A stretch of DNA of 64,000 nt from Stylophora pistillata (lineage: Eukaryota): the NCBI RefSeq assembly GCF_002571385.2, contig NW_019217804.1:1-64000 (forward strand), given 5' to 3'. Positions 1 through 30,606 of this stretch are shown piece after piece. Positions within the stretch are counted from its first letter, which is position 1; the number at the start of each line of letters is the position of its first letter. The position numbers and the translations under genes are program-made. A model generated the notes under the pieces. The model saw only the letters and a list, made by a program, of their open reading frames with translations. It did not search any database and was not told the origin of the DNA.

Positions 1-1322
1 AACCATTTATTGGAACCAAAACCGAGAACAACACTTATGCATACACGTGAATGAGATCTATAATAACAACACCAACACCGTCACCACACACCTTCTCCTC
101 CTCAACCCACCCACAATAGTGTCCTAACATTTAAGATAATGGGATGGGAAAATCAAGCTTTAAATTAAGGCTGTGTAGTGTTAGTGTATGGGGGTATCAG
201 TTGTATTAAAATAATGTTTCAAAAGAGTATATCAGAGGTTGGAAGGGGTTACAAGTGCTGTTACAAATATCCATATCGTATGCAATTTTATTTCAAAAAC
301 ATCTTTAATTTTCTATACAAAAACAAGCTCAACCTTCTATACAAAGATACTACATTTAACAGCCGAGAGTCCCGTAGGATCTCCACAAGACCGATTTCAG
401 ACGAAACCCTCTCAAAAGCGAATTGCTTCTGGTTGAATGTTTTAAGATGAAAAATAACGTTAAAGCGTTGATAGTTGTTCTAACTTTGACATACGATCAC
501 AACAGTTCCCCGGTAAACTTCCGTTAAAACGACAACAACAGCAACAACCAAATGAAATAATTTGGATATATCAACAAAGTTGAAATGGTAAATTGGCCAC
601 CGTAACGATTACAAAAGCTGACCTTTCGAGCTTTAGCCCTTCGTCGAAATCGTTTTGCGTTGAAAGAAACAAGCCTGGATTTGTGTCAGTCATTTACATC
701 AAAAAAACGATAGGGTGATTTAAAAAACATTCTCCATTCAGCGGACGAAGTTGCTTTTCAGTTTACTTGATTATTTTTATTTCTTTTAAGGGCGTTGGAA
801 GTAGGGTAGTCTAAGAACACATGTATGGAATTTTCGTCCAGTGGAAATTTTGTGATGAAAGTAAGCCACTGGCCTGGGTATGCAAGAGGACCCTCAATGA
901 CATCAAAGAATTTAAGGCCAGTTTGTGTCTTTCTTCCTTTAGAGGTCAGGATTTTAATCGTGTTAAATCATTACTGAGTTTTGCCTAAGCGGGGTCACAT
1001 CAACCCCGAGGACCCTTTTCCTCTCTACGCCTTTAGGACAAAGCAAGAAAGAAGAGTTCTTACCCCATAAGGGCAGTGCACATTTTACGGAGAGTACAGG
1101 ATCTTAGTTTACAACAGGGGTCATATATACCAGAACTTTCCATTTGGTATGCTGCACTACAAGCTTGCCAAAGGGTTAGCTGTACTGCACTTTTCATCTT
1201 CCTCAACTAAGCTGCACAAATATGTTAAGTTAAAGACTCATTTGAGGCAGCTTAAGCTGAACATCAACAGAATGATAACCGGATGCACAAATCCCAGCGT
1301 GAAGAGCCAGGATGTACATAGC

Positions 1323-19256
<17,934 letters not shown>

Positions 19257-20078
19257 GGCTCCTAGGTAATCTGTAGTTAATTATAACTTGTGTTAGGCCT
19301 TTTCTTCCGAGGATAGAGGGGAAATGTTAATGATTGAGATGGATTCTGGTGATAGAGACTGCGCATTTATTCGTGTCCGCCATGACAGACGAACTACAAC
19401 CTCGACCGAGAGGAGCCCAGGTTTTCAAAGGAAACGCAATGCACCATGGGAAGAAGATGACCTCAAGCGCAAAAAGACGCCGAAAGTCATAACAACAAAA
19501 GGCGGATTTAATCTTTCGGGACAATCTTGAGTACCTCATGAAAAGTCTACTATGAAACCATAACATCCTATTCAGAGGTAACACAGGTCTTTCTACTTCT
19601 CGCATTTTTGTTTAGTTTATTTGCGGTAAATTACTTTGGATGAAGTCTGTAGCTCAATGAACTCTGGGTTTCGATGGTAACCAGCTGTTCTACAAGAAAC
19701 CATTCTTTCGATAACGAAGCCATAACTTCACTTAGTCGAAATAATTCACCGCTATCTGGTTCTTTATTAATTTATAATAACTGGATCGTTTGTTGCCGGC
19801 TAATATAACTCGCTAACTCAGTCGTAATGAAATTCGACACGTACATGCACGTAGTTCTTAAAAAGTTAGTGACTATGGCAAGATCGAAGCTGTGATTTTC
19901 ATGAGAACACCACCTCACCTAACTTTACCCAAATTTGATCTCATCGTCTACGAGTTAAACCCTAAACATTGACTTTTTTTCGCGATTTTATCTCTCTTCC
20001 ATACGTTAACTGATGTGCGTTAGAAAACCGGCCGTAATCTTGTAGTTAATAGAAACTTATGGTTTTGGCGCGGTCCAT

Positions 20079-20200
20079 CTGGCCCCGGTTGTTCAAAGGA
20101 TGGATAACGCTATACACTGGATAAATCTCTATCCCGTGGATAGCGCAGTGCGTTTTGGTAACACTTATCCGCTGGATAGCGATTTATCCGTTGGATAGCG
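20079..20200. repeat. Truncated MITE-like repeat built from ggatagcg/tatcc units
   Basis: ctggccccggttgttcaaa start followed by repeated ggata(g/a)cg/ttatcc motifs. Confidence 0.55.
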
Positions 20201-21159
20201 CGGTCCAAATTAATTAGAATCTTGAAGTCCTGTTTGAAACAATTAACATTCCATTCTCGCAGACGACGGTAGTGCAGTTATTATCGGACGATGCGATTAA
20301 ACTAGTGATCATGTTATGAGTGATGTAAAAAGTGAACTATACCTATCCTAATGTGTTGTGCTCTAATAACGTTTCGCAATTTGAAGTGAGTGTAAACAAA
20401 TGTAGGAAATCACTCTTACGCGTATTGCAATCGGAAAATTCACGAACGCTTATCAAGATGAATTAACGAAAAGTTTGGAAGATGTAATACTTTAGCTTAT
20501 TGTATAAATTTGGAGTAGATTAAGGTGATGTGAGATTCATTAAATTCACGTTAAGGTTAGTCATTTGGAAGCACGAAAGTGCAGCTACAGATGTTGAAAT
20601 GTCGAAAGCGTGTTCTGTAGATTATAACGTTTGAAAGATCTACAAGGAAACAGTGAAACATAGTCTTGAGATCACAATTTCTCTGCTCTCATAAAATTGG
20701 AAGAATTCTTGTTCTGGTTTACGGGGATAACATATTCGAGGGCTGTTGTGCGCTGTAGTTTGGAGTTTTAAAATTTCACGCACGTCACTTAATGATGTAA
20801 ACATGTTTACTGTTGGTAACCGCGGGGTATCTTTTGTGGAGGCAAACTATTGTCTCAAACACATCAAGTTGTCTCTCTTAAGCGGTAATTAGGTTTATTA
20901 TTTTTAAATTACTTCCACAAAAGTATCTGGGCATTAGGGGTCCAAGATGAATTTTTCCTTAGTCACAATTGGTAGACTCTGTAAAATGGTTGCTAGAATT
21001 AGAGTTGTGTTCAGTCACAATTTCTTTATAAACAAATAATTTTTATAACAACAAGTGTCTTGCTTTGACTTTACACTGTAAATACTAAGTGATTAACTCT
21101 TTTGTACCCTAAAATCAGCAGCATGTTCTCCATACTGTTCTCTATACATTTCGTATAAA

Positions 21160-21460
21160 AATGATGATAATGATTGTATGTTTTATTTACATTTCTAGCA
21201 ATCAACCAACATTGGTTAATTTAACAAAGTTGCTAAAATGTACATGAAAATTACATAATAAAATTTGTTAATATAGAAACAAATCTGTGGTGAGAAAATA
21301 TAAAAGAAATAGCTGAATAAAAAGCCTTTACTTCACTCTTTAAAGAACTTAGGCATGCTGTAGTCCTTCCTTGGTCTGGTGAAGGGTTCCAGAGTGAGGG
21401 AGCAACATCTGAAAAAGTGTATTTTCCATAGTACTCAAGATTATATTTAAGAACTACTAA
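21160..21460 (-). mobile_element. 3' fragment of a CR1/L2-type LINE, inserted within a copy of the 210-bp MITE
   Basis: Translation YGKYTFSDVAPSLWN..SLKSEVK resembles the ORF2 C-terminus of CR1/L2 LINEs. MITE halves flank it at about 21093-21150 and 21655-21795. Confidence 0.55.
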
Positions 21461-21994
21461 CAATACTTGTATGTTTAATTAAAGGGTCTGTTAAATATTA
21501 CGTCCTATTCCATGAAACGCTTTAACAGTCAAAATTAAAATCTAGCACTCATTCCTTGCCTTGACAGGCAACCAATGTATTTTTTCCAAAATCTGGAAAT
21601 ATGGTGGTATTTCTTTGAGTAGGTGTGAAGACTGGCTGCAGAATTTTTAACATGAGGTGCTGATAAGGGGATATTTTTAGCAATCAAGAGCTTTGTAAGA
21701 TGTTGATCATTACCTTAATTTTCATGACTTTTGTGTTTGATTCAGCAGTTATAATTTAGGAGAAACTAGAAACTTGTTACTACTAAGAGTTAAAAGAGTT
21801 CAAGGGTTGAAATATTACAGCTTATTACATGAAAGCCAAATACGAGTTCTAAATTGATAATTTTTGTCTCAGATATCATCAGAACACCAGACAGGCTTGA
21901 GAGTTGAAAAATGAGAAAGGTTGTGACTTAAAGGGATACTCCAAAATCAGGTGTGGGGGTGAAGACTGGAACCTATTTATTCTTTTTCATATCG

Positions 21995-22282
21995 TTATTT
22001 ATAAATAAAATTAATAAATATGCATTTATATGGCGCCATCTTCCATTAATTGTCCATGGTGCTTTACAATACTTTAAAACCGTGAAAATTAAAATCTTAA
22101 GAATTAAATACACTATATAATACAATAAGGTTAGAAATAAAAAGTAAAAACTACAAGTAAAAACTATAAATCAAATGCATGCTTAAAAAAGATAAAAAGT
22201 CTCAAGATTAGCCTTAAAAACTGCCTCTGATGATGAAAGCTTGGTCTGGAGTGGTAGTTTATTCCAGAGCCTTGGTGCTGCA
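21995..22282 (-). mobile_element. Second CR1/L2-type LINE 3' fragment
   Basis: The reverse strand reads AAPRLWNKLP..SSEAVFKANLETF, followed by a gtaaagcaccatgg..ggcgccatataaat-type tail. Confidence 0.55.
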
Positions 22283-22439
22283 CGGAAAAATAAAAGAAAC
22301 ATAAAAGAATCCAGTCCTTACTCAAAAACCTGAGAGTATCCATTTAGTCATAACCAAATAAAAAAGCAAAATAATTGATATTTACTGACTTTTTTAAATT
22401 TACATCATTTTAGAAGAGTACAGAAGGTGTCCAGGAACC

Positions 22440-23744
22440 ATGGGTATTTCCGCAAGTATAGCAAATTCCTCTCGCAAATATCGCACCAATGAAGAATTGC
22501 CTCCTGCTCGGAAGTCATCTAAACATTCATCTATTGAAGTTTCTGATGATGGTGATGAAGAATTAAGAAGTGTGCAAAGCTTCAGACAGTCGAGCCCAAT
22601 GGCACATCAAGATGCAAGGTCCTTTGCTTTTGATAGGACCCACACAAAACAGTATAACCCAAGAAATCAAGTGGACAGGCATAGTTACCATGGCAACCTG
22701 GAGCTTGTTCGTCCTGCCAGTAGACGCATATACCATCCTGGCAGTTTAGATCGGGGTTCTAGAAATGGAAATGGTTCATATTCCACATATAGTGCAAGAG
22801 AGTCACTCTCAAGAGCTTTGGTTTCACCAAGTACCTCAAGCGTGTATGGGTCACAGCCTAGACCTGCACGAACCATGAGAGATGTCAGAGAGTATTTGTT
22901 TCAGCATCCAGAGCTAATAGCTGGTAAGAAGAACAAGCAAATGAGGCAATCTGTTGAGAGTGATCTGTATGGGGTCTCTACCAATCACAAGCAGATGAAA
23001 ACTAAACAGCATGTTTACATGGGACTCATAAACATTCCCATAATCTATGGAGCTGGTGCTCGACCAGATCATAAGCAGCTAAAGGTTGATCAAAAGTTGT
23101 ACCTCAACCTTGTTTACCCGACAATGAGACCCAAAGATTACCGCAGTCAGGTCATAAGATCACATCCTCCCCTTAAACAGGAAGGTATGGTTGTTGTGAG
23201 AAAAGATGATTCTCTACGGCAGCCTAATGAATATATAAAAAGACCTCTTCCACACATGCTGGTGTCAAGGGTTCCAGAAGCACCTAATGGAAAAAATGTC
23301 CCTGGGTCTGTACGGCAAGAAAGAACAATTTCAAGGGCAGAGGCTCCTACTTCCCACAGAGTTAGAAGTCAATCACGAAGTGTAGCAGAGAACATCCCTA
23401 AAAGAGCAAGTAATGACTATGTTGATTTTCCTGATGTTGTTAATGAACCACTTACAAGCAGGTCTGTTAGAAGTGAACAACTATTGCTTAGGGACAGTCG
23501 ACAGATGAATGGTTTTGTCAAGTCTGGGAATTCGCGGCAGAGGACTCCAAGACTTGGAAAAGAAGATGATGAGGTTGTGTTCACCTTCAATGTTGAAGAT
23601 CTTAATCTCAGGAAAAAGACTGAAATACCTCAGTTTGAACATGACAAGGATACAGGACAAGTGGAACCACTTTACTTCAGGAAGTCTCTTGCTTTCAGCC
23701 CAAAGTATGAATATAGTGAAGACCTTCTGTCAAGTCCATTGTGA
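22440..23744 (+). CDS. Uncharacterised 434-aa Ser/Arg-rich protein, single coding exon, possible N-myristoylation
   Basis: Long uninterrupted ORF in AT-rich DNA. Splice acceptor tttag ends at 22413, just upstream of an ACCATGG start. N-terminus MGISAS fits MGxxxS. No domain recognised. Confidence 0.75.
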   Translation: MGISASIANSSRKYRTNEELPPARKSSKHSSIEVSDDGDEELRSVQSFRQSSPMAHQDARSFAFDRTHTKQYNPRNQVDRHSYHGNLELVRPASRRIYHPGSLDRGSRNGNGSYSTYSARESLSRALVSPSTSSVYGSQPRPARTMRDVREYLFQHPELIAGKKNKQMRQSVESDLYGVSTNHKQMKTKQHVYMGLINIPIIYGAGARPDHKQLKVDQKLYLNLVYPTMRPKDYRSQVIRSHPPLKQEGMVVVRKDDSLRQPNEYIKRPLPHMLVSRVPEAPNGKNVPGSVRQERTISRAEAPTSHRVRSQSRSVAENIPKRASNDYVDFPDVVNEPLTSRSVRSEQLLLRDSRQMNGFVKSGNSRQRTPRLGKEDDEVVFTFNVEDLNLRKKTEIPQFEHDKDTGQVEPLYFRKSLAFSPKYEYSEDLLSSPL

Positions 23745-25829
23745 AGATGTTAAGCTGTCAAAAATATTGCCACCCACATGGCCAGGGCAGTTTACATGTA
23801 CATCGTGCACAATTTGGTGCAGAGAAGGGTACATTTGTAAGTTTAAAAATTAGTTTAACTGTGGAGATGGACAAAACTGCCAAAAGACAGCCTGTGGGTA
23901 TAACTTTTCCATGTAGTGTTTGCATGTTGCCTCACATATGTTGTAAGATGTACTTCTACCTTTCTGCTCAAATCTGAGGGCCTCACTAAGAGCAAGCTGT
24001 TTAAGTTTTTGGTCACCAACTTAACAATGCCCACAAAAACAAGAGTATGTTTGGAAAAAATTTTCACATGAAAGAAGAATATACGATTGTATCCAAGAAA
24101 TTAATTGGAAAAGGTGTACGGGTAATTAGTGGAAGTTCAAGGAGTAAAAAAGCAGGGGCAGAAATATACACCACAGGCTTTGATGAAGTAACAATAACAG
24201 TACTAATTATGACTGCCTGAAAAACAGGTAGTATCTTTCTTTGTTTTTGAAAAATTATTCATTTCTGGATTTCAAAAAGAAATGTTTATGTTCGATGAAT
24301 TTGGATGGTTTTCACTTTTAATGCTTTCAAAAGATCTCTTTATGGTCATGGCAGAAAAATTCATAATGGGTGTTAACAATTTTTATATGATTTCTCTTCA
24401 AATTTTTACATTTCTGGGATTGCGTTTGAAGAGGTTATTCTACAAAGGAAATATATGGTCAGGTGTGCTAAGCTTTTTGAAGTGTATTAATTATTTATCA
24501 AAGATCTACATTTATACTAACTAAAGATAATACCCTAGAAAATTTGAAAAATTACCATGCAAAGTTTACATTTTTGTATCAAACTTGAGATAAAAAAAAT
24601 AATGAATTGAAGAGACAAATTTTAGGAGAGCATTCCTCTTTTTAGTTTGGAATGACCTTCTTCTTGAAATGTCTTGATTTTTGTGGGAGTCTCCAAGCTT
24701 GAAAAAAACTGTGTTCAGTTATTGGGAGTGTTTGATTTCCCAGCCACAGTAACACTATTTTTTCACTGTAAATGGGTAGACTCCCAGAAACTTCCTCTCT
24801 ACGCAGCGTTTGATTTCATAGTTCTTTTATAGCCCAGACACAAAGTCAAACGTTTTCATTGTTTTCACATTTTAACTATTTTTTAGGGTTTGCATTCTAT
24901 CGCATATGCATCATAATGATATGATATAAACCAAACAGTGTGACTTGTTGTTTAGCTCAGAGAGTGGATGATATAATTCCTTTTCCGTTACCCAGTAATG
25001 CTACTATGAATTATTTTTTCAAGATCTTTTTCTTTACATCTGTGGCTCCTTAGCAGAGCATAGGCCATTTTTGTTTTTTTTTTTTAAAAGATGCTAAGTA
25101 ATATTTTAATAGGTTTAAGAGTTAATACAAAATACAAAACATGCACCTGTACAGGAGTACTGTATTGGAAGACAGATGATAACTCTTGAATGAGAAATTG
25201 ACTCAGTATAGCTTGATTTTATCTATATCAGAATTCCAGAATTCTAAGGTTAGAAGCAATCTTTAATTCATTAACTCCATTGATTTTAAGGTTGAAAATT
25301 GTAGATGAGAACTTGTTATTTACTTTAAATAATTAATTTATTGCAAAAAATGTAAAAACTTAAGTCCAGCTTTTGAAGGGACACAAAGGGTTCATATGGG
25401 TTGTGATAAACCAGTCATGGAACCACTAAGTTTCTAGGCCCGGGAGCAATTATGACATGATTTTGAAAGTGGGTTATATTAAAGGTCATGGCAAATGACT
25501 GATTAGGATATTTTGATTGTTCTCACTTTATTTTGGAACCCTTACCTTGATCACAGGCCATAGAGAACATCAAAACAAATCCTTGCAAAGGTCTTGGAAA
25601 GTCATGGAATAATGATTTTGAAATACTGTAGGATTCCAGGCCTGACAACACAAAACCGTAACAGTACAGATTACACTGTTATCATTTACCTAGTCATCAC
25701 TCTTTCTGGTTGACAAAGTGATTATTTTTTAATAATAAATGAAGAATCACAATAAAGGGTTGTGTTGTTTTTCTTCTATTGACCCCAACCTGTTTGATAT
25801 AGGTTGTAGATTACTAGACTGATATGTGA

Positions 25830-26050
25830 TCCTGTTGTGTTCTTGGGCACCTACACAGTGCCTCTCCGCACCCAGGAGTATAAATGAATACCAGCACATT
25901 TTCAGGATAGCTTGATGGAGTGCTGGGTAATGACCTTGTGATGGTTTAGCTTCTCAACTAGGGGGGAGTAGTGATTCTTCAAGTCACGTCATGCTATGGA
26001 AACCAGGACAAGCTCTAGCTATGTGGGTCCCTGGGCTTGAGTAGACCTTA
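25830..26050 (+). repeat. Degenerate SINE-like interspersed repeat
   Basis: gttgtgttcttgggca..cagtgcctctccgcacccaggagtataaatg..atgctatggaaaccagga pattern, typical of invertebrate SINE bodies. Confidence 0.45.
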
Positions 26051-27046
26051 ACTACCTTTATGTTCATTTGGGATAAAGTTACTTTCAATTGACCAATTTA
26101 CAAGGAAATTTGTGGCAGTCAGTAGGAAAAATTGTTAATCTGGAGTAAAAGGGTTATGCAGAGCGCATGCTGCACAGATCCCACAGGTACTGCAAACCTG
26201 GTGTTGTGGCTTTGTTTATGAGAATGAGGGAAGAAGGAAAATGGCATAAATTATATGCTTTCAACATAGTAGCTTTGGGTCCCGAAGCTGGCCTTGTATG
26301 TGGGCTGTGTTTGTCCTGCTCTGGGGGATTTTCTATGGCTCTTGTTTTTGTTCCTGTACAAAAGCCAACAGTAAAAATTCCAATTTATCCAAGAAAGAAA
26401 GGAGACACCTGGCCAATGACCACTGCTGACTCCAATTCATCATTTTCATCATGATCATGTTTGTCACTAACCTGGGCTTGCTTTTACAGGACAAGAAGGA
26501 TGTCAGGTTTCAGAAGATAGACATCCTATGAGGGTTGATGCATTTCTTTCAACAGCTTTAAGCCTTTTCATCTTGCAAATGACTCGTCTCATTTTGCCCA
26601 TTAGATTATTTTTATCTAAAAAGTTGGCTTTTGTTAAAATGTTTTGTGACTCAGAAAACGTGAATATTTGGATAAAAAAATATAAGAACCACTACAGTAA
26701 TTCCAGTATACTTAAGCCATACTTAATTAAAAGTGGGAACAAGTTAGCTTTTCTATTTGTATTGATTGGAACCTCACTACACCATAATAGAGTTACTTCT
26801 TAATTTGGGTGGTTGAAAAATTGAAGAACACACAGAATTCCAAGGTAGATGAAAAAACAGGACCAATCAATGGAAAGGTTAAGTTTAATGACTTTGTCTT
26901 CCTTTGATGTTTGTCTACCTTGGAGAATAATAGCAAAGATTCAAAATGACAGGCCTAAAATATGTGGGCCAAATTATCAATTTTGGCAGACACAATTTCA
27001 AATCCTACATTCAAACCCTGGCTATCTTTTCACAAATCAGGCTAAA

Positions 27047-30000
27047 TTAAGTGGTTTCTTCCTGTCCTACTACACTTTCATAGGTAAAGTGCGGTGTCTC
27101 TAAAGGTGGAAGAGGTATATCTTCTTCACCATCAGTATTTTCATCAAGTTCTTTAATTGCTTGGTCTGACTCTTTATAATCCTTATCAGACTGAACATAT
27201 GCAATCCTTTTGTCATTTTCTGCAGGTAGATTTAAGTCAGTATTATGAAAAATTGACTCAGAGTCAGTTTCACTCTGGCTCTTGATAAGATTTGCTGCAA
27301 ACATTTCATTCTCAAGTTCATAACCAAATTTGAAGCGTATAAATTGTCGCAGATTGTCAAGAGCTTTCCTTAGCCTTGAGTTCTCCCTGTTAGAGTCCTC
27401 TAAATCTTGACTAAGGGAGAGAACCTGCATTTGCAATTCACTGACTTGTCCTTCAAGATCTTTGACAACTGATTTCTCATCTCTGGAGGCAGCACAATCA
27501 GAAGATGAACTCGTGGATGATACTGAAAAGTTCTCTGCAGATATTACCAAGCTGCTTGATTGTGAACATTCTGTATTTTTTTTCCCATCAACTGATTCAG
27601 TAGTCTTTTCCTCTAATTTTGATGAAATTTCACTCCGAACAACTTCCTGATTTTGCCTTTCTTGTAATATTTTGGCCTGCTCCTGTTTTTTCTTCTCTTG
27701 CTCAATTTGACATCGCTTCCATTTTTCTTTCAGGATTCTTTGCTGTCTACAATGATTGTTCATCTGTAACTGCAAGGAAACTAGTGCCTAGTTATAGGAG
27801 ACAAAGTAATGGACTTAAATTAATGTCACGCTGGAAAACTGAATTCATTTACCAAGTCTCAAAGTTCAAATTATCCAAAGTAACCATTTGGCAAAAAAAC
27901 TTGTTACCACAAAAAAAAACAACAAACAAACAAAGAACAAAATGTCTAGAAATGGTTAGACCATAAGATCTTGTTAAACACCAAGGCTTGGTCATGCTAG
28001 GACAGTGATTTTGATACAGTATGTTTCAGGTGGATAGTTTAGAAAAAGCAGGTTGGGACATGCATGTTTGAATGCCTAGAGAGCCTATTGTTCTGTGGGA
28101 GGTCATGGCTTCCCCTGGAAATTTTGTAGTTTTATACTAACACCATAGCATTTTCCTGCAGTCTGAGGTCTATAACAAATTTTGTGGCTTTGCTGACATT
28201 ATAGAACTCAACCGATTTGAACACTTTTGACATAAATTATATGCTTGTTAGGAGTAAAGTGACATTTACAAGTGTAAAAGGTACGAACAGGGAAGCCAGT
28301 GTGTTTGAAGCAGGTAGATCTACCCACTATCTGCCTAAGCTGGGAAGAATGCTTAAAGTCCCTATGACACCTATTTTTTTAGCATTAAATTATAAAAACA
28401 GAAGTATGTAGAGGGTGTCTGGTAAGATTTGTGGGTGATTCTGATGCACCTTTGTTATTTTACGAGGTGATAAAAGTCCGAAATGGTATCAAACTTAGGC
28501 TTCCCGTATCTCTTTGGCCACGTTAAAGAGTACTGGAACCCGTGACGTAACGGTAGTAACACCAAGTTTATCAAAGAAGCAAAGTGAGTGTGGAAACTAC
28601 TGTTTACAATCTTTTTAGCCAAAAAAATGCCATTTCGATGTGTAGTTTGGGGTTTTTAGAATACCCCTGACTCGATGAAGAATATTTCTCTCCACAAGAT
28701 TCCTACTGTGATGTCATGGCGCCCAGTCCCTCTTTGCTCAGCCAGACATTTCATCTGCGGATTGAAGAGCTTGATGAAAAATTCAGGAAAGGGCAAAATA
28801 CCACAAATGTTGCGAAAACATGTTTAAGAGTCATTACATTTTGCCGTAGAAACTTATAGAAAAAAATAAGTGTCATTGGTACTTTAAAGCATCGTTTTTG
28901 TTTCTTTACCCTTTCACTCCCAAGATCTTGTTTTCATTTGGTAATTCTCTTTACTGTCTACCATACAATTCTTATCATGTGAGTTTGGAGAATTTGGCAT
29001 TGGATCAAGTTACAATTCCCTAATTGATATTTTTTCTTTCTTCTCATCACTTGTCTGCTTGACATTGTATTGATATTGTAAGGAGAAATTATCTTGTTAC
29101 TAATGGGAGTTACTAATGGTTAATTTTTCACCTGTTTCACCTGAGTCATCTTAATAGCTTCCTGGAGGAATTCTAAATTATCATAAAAAACATTCAAAAG
29201 AAAACAATTAACACCAAATCTTTCATGTACTCTGCTACATAAAAAATATCAGTTTTGAAAGTATTACCTTTCAGTAACTATCAAAATTAAGCATGATTCA
29301 TAATCATTCTATCTATTATAATACTAATCAAATAATTGTTGAATCAATAGTCTTTGGTTCAAAAGAGGGAGATCATAGGGATTATTACAAAGATATTGTA
29401 AGTCTTCATATTCTGTTCCATTTTCCAATTGACAAAATGTGGTATGAACAAAAAGGTGGCACAAGTGGCCCAGCCAAGTGTGCATACCTGCCATGCAACC
29501 CCCAGAGTACAAAAATCTGTAGATGTCTTCATGTAAACTGCGCGCGACAACCTGAACCGCACTTATTTCTATCATGTATTGTGCAATCTGATTGGTTGAT
29601 TTCCAACCAATTACAATACTCATTAAATGTATATCAATTTGACTGCTCTGTTTTACTTTTTCAGATCGAGAACAGTTTAAATAAGAGCACCAAATCCTTT
29701 TTGACATCTCAAAAACAACTAAATTATTGAAAAAAAAATGAAAAAAGCCACGGCAGGTACTTCCCAGGAGATTTGGTGCTCCAACCAGGAGACCGGTAGA
29801 GTTGATGAAAAACTTGGACACTCCCACGAAAAGCAGGAGAGTTGGCAGGTATGCTGATGTTCTTGCCACATGTTGACCAAAAACAACTAAATTATTTAAA
29901 AAAAAAATGAAAAAAAGCCACGGCAGGTATTTCCCAGGAGATTTGGTGCTCCAACCAGAAGACCGGTAGAGTTAATGAAAAACTTGGAGACTCCCACGAA

Positions 30001-30606
30001 AACTGGGAGAGTTGGCAGGTATGCTGATGTTCTTTCCACATGTTGACCTCTTCTGTAACCTATCACTATACAGACCCAAAGCAACATGGAATATTAATTT
30101 TCTTTATATGAAAACAAACAAAATAAAACAAAATGTTGTGCATGTTGACTTCAACTGTGTCTGTCTTCAAATAGATCTTGACTAAGAGCCAATCAAAATG
30201 TATGTATAATTCAAGTTGTCACATAACTCCCATCATTCAACAAGGAATATTGCATTACAGGTAAAAGTGATACACACCCGCTAGGTTGAGCAATGAACAT
30301 TTGCAAAAGGATAGAGTTGTAATATTTTATCATTCAGTTTATAATCCATTTACCCCCTCAAACCTGACCTAATGCCTTTTGATGACAAGTTATGGCATCT
30401 GCAAATTTTCTACGGTTGACCAAAGCCTCGGCTTTTCGGTCCTGTTGATGAGCCTAAAATGGATATAGTACGATGTCAGTTTACATTTGGGACTCAATTA
30501 GAAGCAATTTTCGATCGACGTTGATAAGGCAGACCGAAATGGGCCATACTTGGAAGTTTTACCTTCCAATAGAAGCCAACCTTACCCAGTTTAGAGGATA
30601 GTCCAT
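27047..30606 (-). CDS. NRBF2: Nuclear receptor-binding factor 2 (Atg38 homologue; MIT-like domain + coiled coil), 4 exons, 295 aa
   Basis: Exons 30586-30606, 30369-30453, 29132-29172 and 27047-27787 splice in phase to MDYPLNWAHQQDRKAEALVNRRKFADAITCHQKALEFLQEAIKMTQVKQALVSLQLQMNNH..LKEKWKR. This matches the NRBF2 MIT-like N-terminus. A coiled coil (LSQDLEDSNRENSRLR) and a C-terminal LPPLETP follow. Confidence 0.9.
28357..28883 (+). mobile_element. Kolobok-like non-autonomous element with a THAP-domain remnant (NRBF2 intron 3)
   Basis: TTAA at 28353-28356 and 28884-28887. TIRs agtccctatgacacctatttttt / aaaaaataagtgtcattggtact. Remnant MPFRCVVWGF*NTPD..ISLHKIP from 28627 resembles a THAP N-terminus. 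Confidence 0.7.
29711..30048. repeat. Two-copy tandem duplication (~168 bp) in NRBF2 intron 2
   Basis: aaaaacaactaaattatt..gccacggcaggta.ttcccaggagatttggtgctccaacc..ccacatgttgacc occurs twice. Confidence 0.85.

Noticed and set aside
19324-19605. Short ORFs directly upstream of POLR2B
   Set aside because: No recognisable domain. More simply explained as promoter or UTR sequence, although a non-coding first exon of the divergent gene cannot be excluded.
29293-30087. 145-181-aa ORFs in NRBF2 intron 2
   Set aside because: They derive from a tandem duplication and interspersed repeats, with no protein-like motifs.
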